The notes below the pieces were generated by a model that saw only the letters and a list, made by a program, of their open reading frames with translations, searched no databases and was not told the DNA's origin. A DNA stretch of 63,937 bases, the filler included, from Chiloscyllium plagiosum (taxonomy: Eukaryota), in assembly GCF_004010195.1 (NCBI RefSeq). It is 4 parts of 2 records of this genome, joined end to end, with 100 filler letters (N's around TTAATTAATTAA, not from the genome) between each part and the next. Parts side by side here need not be neighbours in the genome. Positions count along the whole stretch, not along the records: positions 61,443 to 63,937 come from NC_057716.1; 3 more parts are not named here. One strand, 5' to 3'. Numbering within the stretch: the first letter of the stretch is position 1; each line of letters begins with the position of its first letter. Position numbers and translations under genes: made by a program. Below, in pieces: positions 62,191 to 63,937 of this stretch.

Positions 62191-62829
62191 TTGTACCAGA
62201 AGGAGGAATTAAGAGAGACATTGTGTTCCTCGTTGATGCATCAGACAATGTTGGAAGGACACATTTTCCTTTAGTCCGTGACTTTCTGTCGAGTATATTG
62301 GAACACCTCGATATTGGAAGTGACAGAGTGAGAATCGGTCTGGCACAGTATAGTAATTACGCAGAAACAGAATTCTATCTGAACACGTATTCTTCTGAAG
62401 ATGAAATTCTAACGCATGTGAAAGGACTAAGACTAAGAGGTGGGAGGACCCTTAACACAGGAGCAGCATTGGACTCTGTCCTCCGCTATCATTTCACTAG
62501 ATCTGCAGGAAGTAGGAAAGATGAAGGTGTTCCTCAGGTATTGGTACTCATCACTAGTGGAAGCTCTGGAGATGATGTTAAACCACCTGCAGATAAAATG
62601 AAGCAAGATGCTTTGGTAACCTTTGTTATAGGAGCCAAGAATGCTAACCCAGCCCAGATGAAAGAAATTGCAAGTAACCCAGGTCTGGTCTTCAGCGTAC
62701 AGGAATTCCAATCCCTACCAGACATAAAGGAACAAGTGACATCCTCATTACTGACATTGGCTGCTCCACCAGTAACTCAGGACAAGACAAAAGTAATTGC
62801 TGAAAGAGTAACGGATACTGTTGCAGAAG
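62191..62829 (+). CDS. COL6A3: Internal coding exon: von Willebrand factor A domain of a collagen VI alpha-3(-like) chain
   Basis: Translates as VVPEGGIKRDIVFLVDASDNVGRTHFPLVRDFL...RVRIGLAQYS...TEFYLNTY...GGRTLNTGAAL...HFTRSAGSRKDEGVPQVLVLITSG, the typical COL6A3 N-terminal vWA repeat. Acceptor tttcttccag ends at 62190 and donor GAAG|gtaaaa starts at 62830. Length 639 bp (213 codons), phase 1-1, no stops. Orthologue versus paralogue cannot be decided here. Confidence 0.88.
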
Positions 62830-63597
62830 GTAAAAGGATTCTGTTCTCTATTTTACTTCAACCTCATTCACAGAACATTCATTCTTAGCAAGGGAAGAAC
62901 TAATACCTTTATCATCAGGGTAGGTGAGGATTTTGAAACGGTCCCAGGTGTTTGATATTTTCCAGATCATGCCCTGAAATAAAGACCTTACAATTTCCAC
63001 CCATTTTCAAAGCAAATCAATGAAAATAAATCAACTCATCTCACGTCTTAAACTTGTCACCATTATCAGTTCACAATTAAAAATGCGTCGACAATAATCT
63101 CAGGCAGTGCACATCTAACCACTTATTGCATTAAACAATAACATTTTCTGATATCACTTTTAGTTCTTTTGCCACTTACCTTCACCTGTGTGCTCTGCTG
63201 CTTGATCTTTTAGCGACAGATTCTGTCTGTCTACTCTGTCCAGACTCCTCATGATTTTGAATATTTCCGTCAAATTTCATCTCTTTGTTTCTCTTTTCCA
63301 AGGAGAATGAGACCAATCAACCCATAGAACTGAAGAATTTCATGTCTGTTAATATTTTCTGCACACTCTCGAAAGCCTGCATTTGCTTCCAAAAGCACAG
63401 TCCAAGAATTGAACACAATACTCAGTTGACATTGGAATACTTTGTCAGAGAGATTCATTATGACTTTTTAATATTTGTACTTGGTGTCTCTATAAACCTC
63501 ACGATACCATATACCTTCTTAGCAGTTTGTCAACCTGTCACATCAGCTATAATGATCAGTGCACATTTAATCATGAGTTTCTGTTCCTGTAGTCCCT

Positions 63598-63937
63598 TCA
63601 ATAGACAATAGACAATAGGTGCAGGAGTAGGCCATTCAGCCCTTCGAGCCTGCACCGCCATTCAATATAATCATGGCTGATCATTCCTAATCAGTATCCT
63701 ATTCCTACCTTATCTCCATAACCCTTGATTCCACTATCTTTGAGAGCTCTATCCAACTCCTTCTTAAATGAATCCAGAGAGTGGGCCTCCACTGCCCTCT
63801 GGGGCAGAGCATTCCACACAGCCACCACTCTCTGGGTGAAGAAGTTTCTCCTGAGCTCTGTCCTAAATGATCTACCCCGTATTTTTAAACTGTGTCCTCT
63901 GGTTCGGCACTCACCCATCAGTGGAAACATGTTTCCT
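63598..63937 (-). mobile_element. CR1 LINE 3' end in the intron after the vWA exon
   Basis: MFPLMGECRTRGHSLKIRGRSFRTELRRNFFTQRVVAVWNALPQ plus UTR. Confidence 0.92.

Noticed and set aside
62175..62888. 237-aa ORF as a stand-alone single-exon gene
   Set aside because: The ATG lies in the acceptor tract and the C-terminal residues lie past a canonical donor. There is no signal peptide, so it is better explained as an internal exon.

Overview
Repeat-dense eukaryotic DNA. The repeat complement (HE1-type tRNA/V-SINEs, CR1/HER1-type LINEs, Deu-domain SINEs, Penelope-like elements) points to an elasmobranch, probably a bamboo or carpet shark (inference). The only convincing host coding sequence is one 639-bp phase-1/phase-1 exon (62191-62829, +) encoding a collagen VI alpha-3-type vWA domain. 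Almost all other listed ORFs are TE remnants or noise. There are three notable signals. (1) Many short Penelope-derived modules carry minimal hammerhead-ribozyme cores (CUGANGA-stem-GAAA-palindromic stem III-UH), often as fold-back pairs flanked by 10-17 bp target-site duplications. (2) A ~5.4-kb quasi-palindromic compound Penelope insertion (51943-57335) contains inverted copies of its own flank, six intact-looking hammerhead cores, and a 353-nt ribozyme-to-ribozyme unit present three times. (3) Inside that insertion is a captured, internally deleted class I (HERV-I-like) retroviral env TM fragment (MAWENRIALDMILAEKGG ... GCCVIPCIRGLTQRL), present twice. Five assembly gaps limit interpretation, three of them 100-bp artificial spacers containing TTAATTAATTAA. 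Repeat boundaries were read by eye and are approximate.
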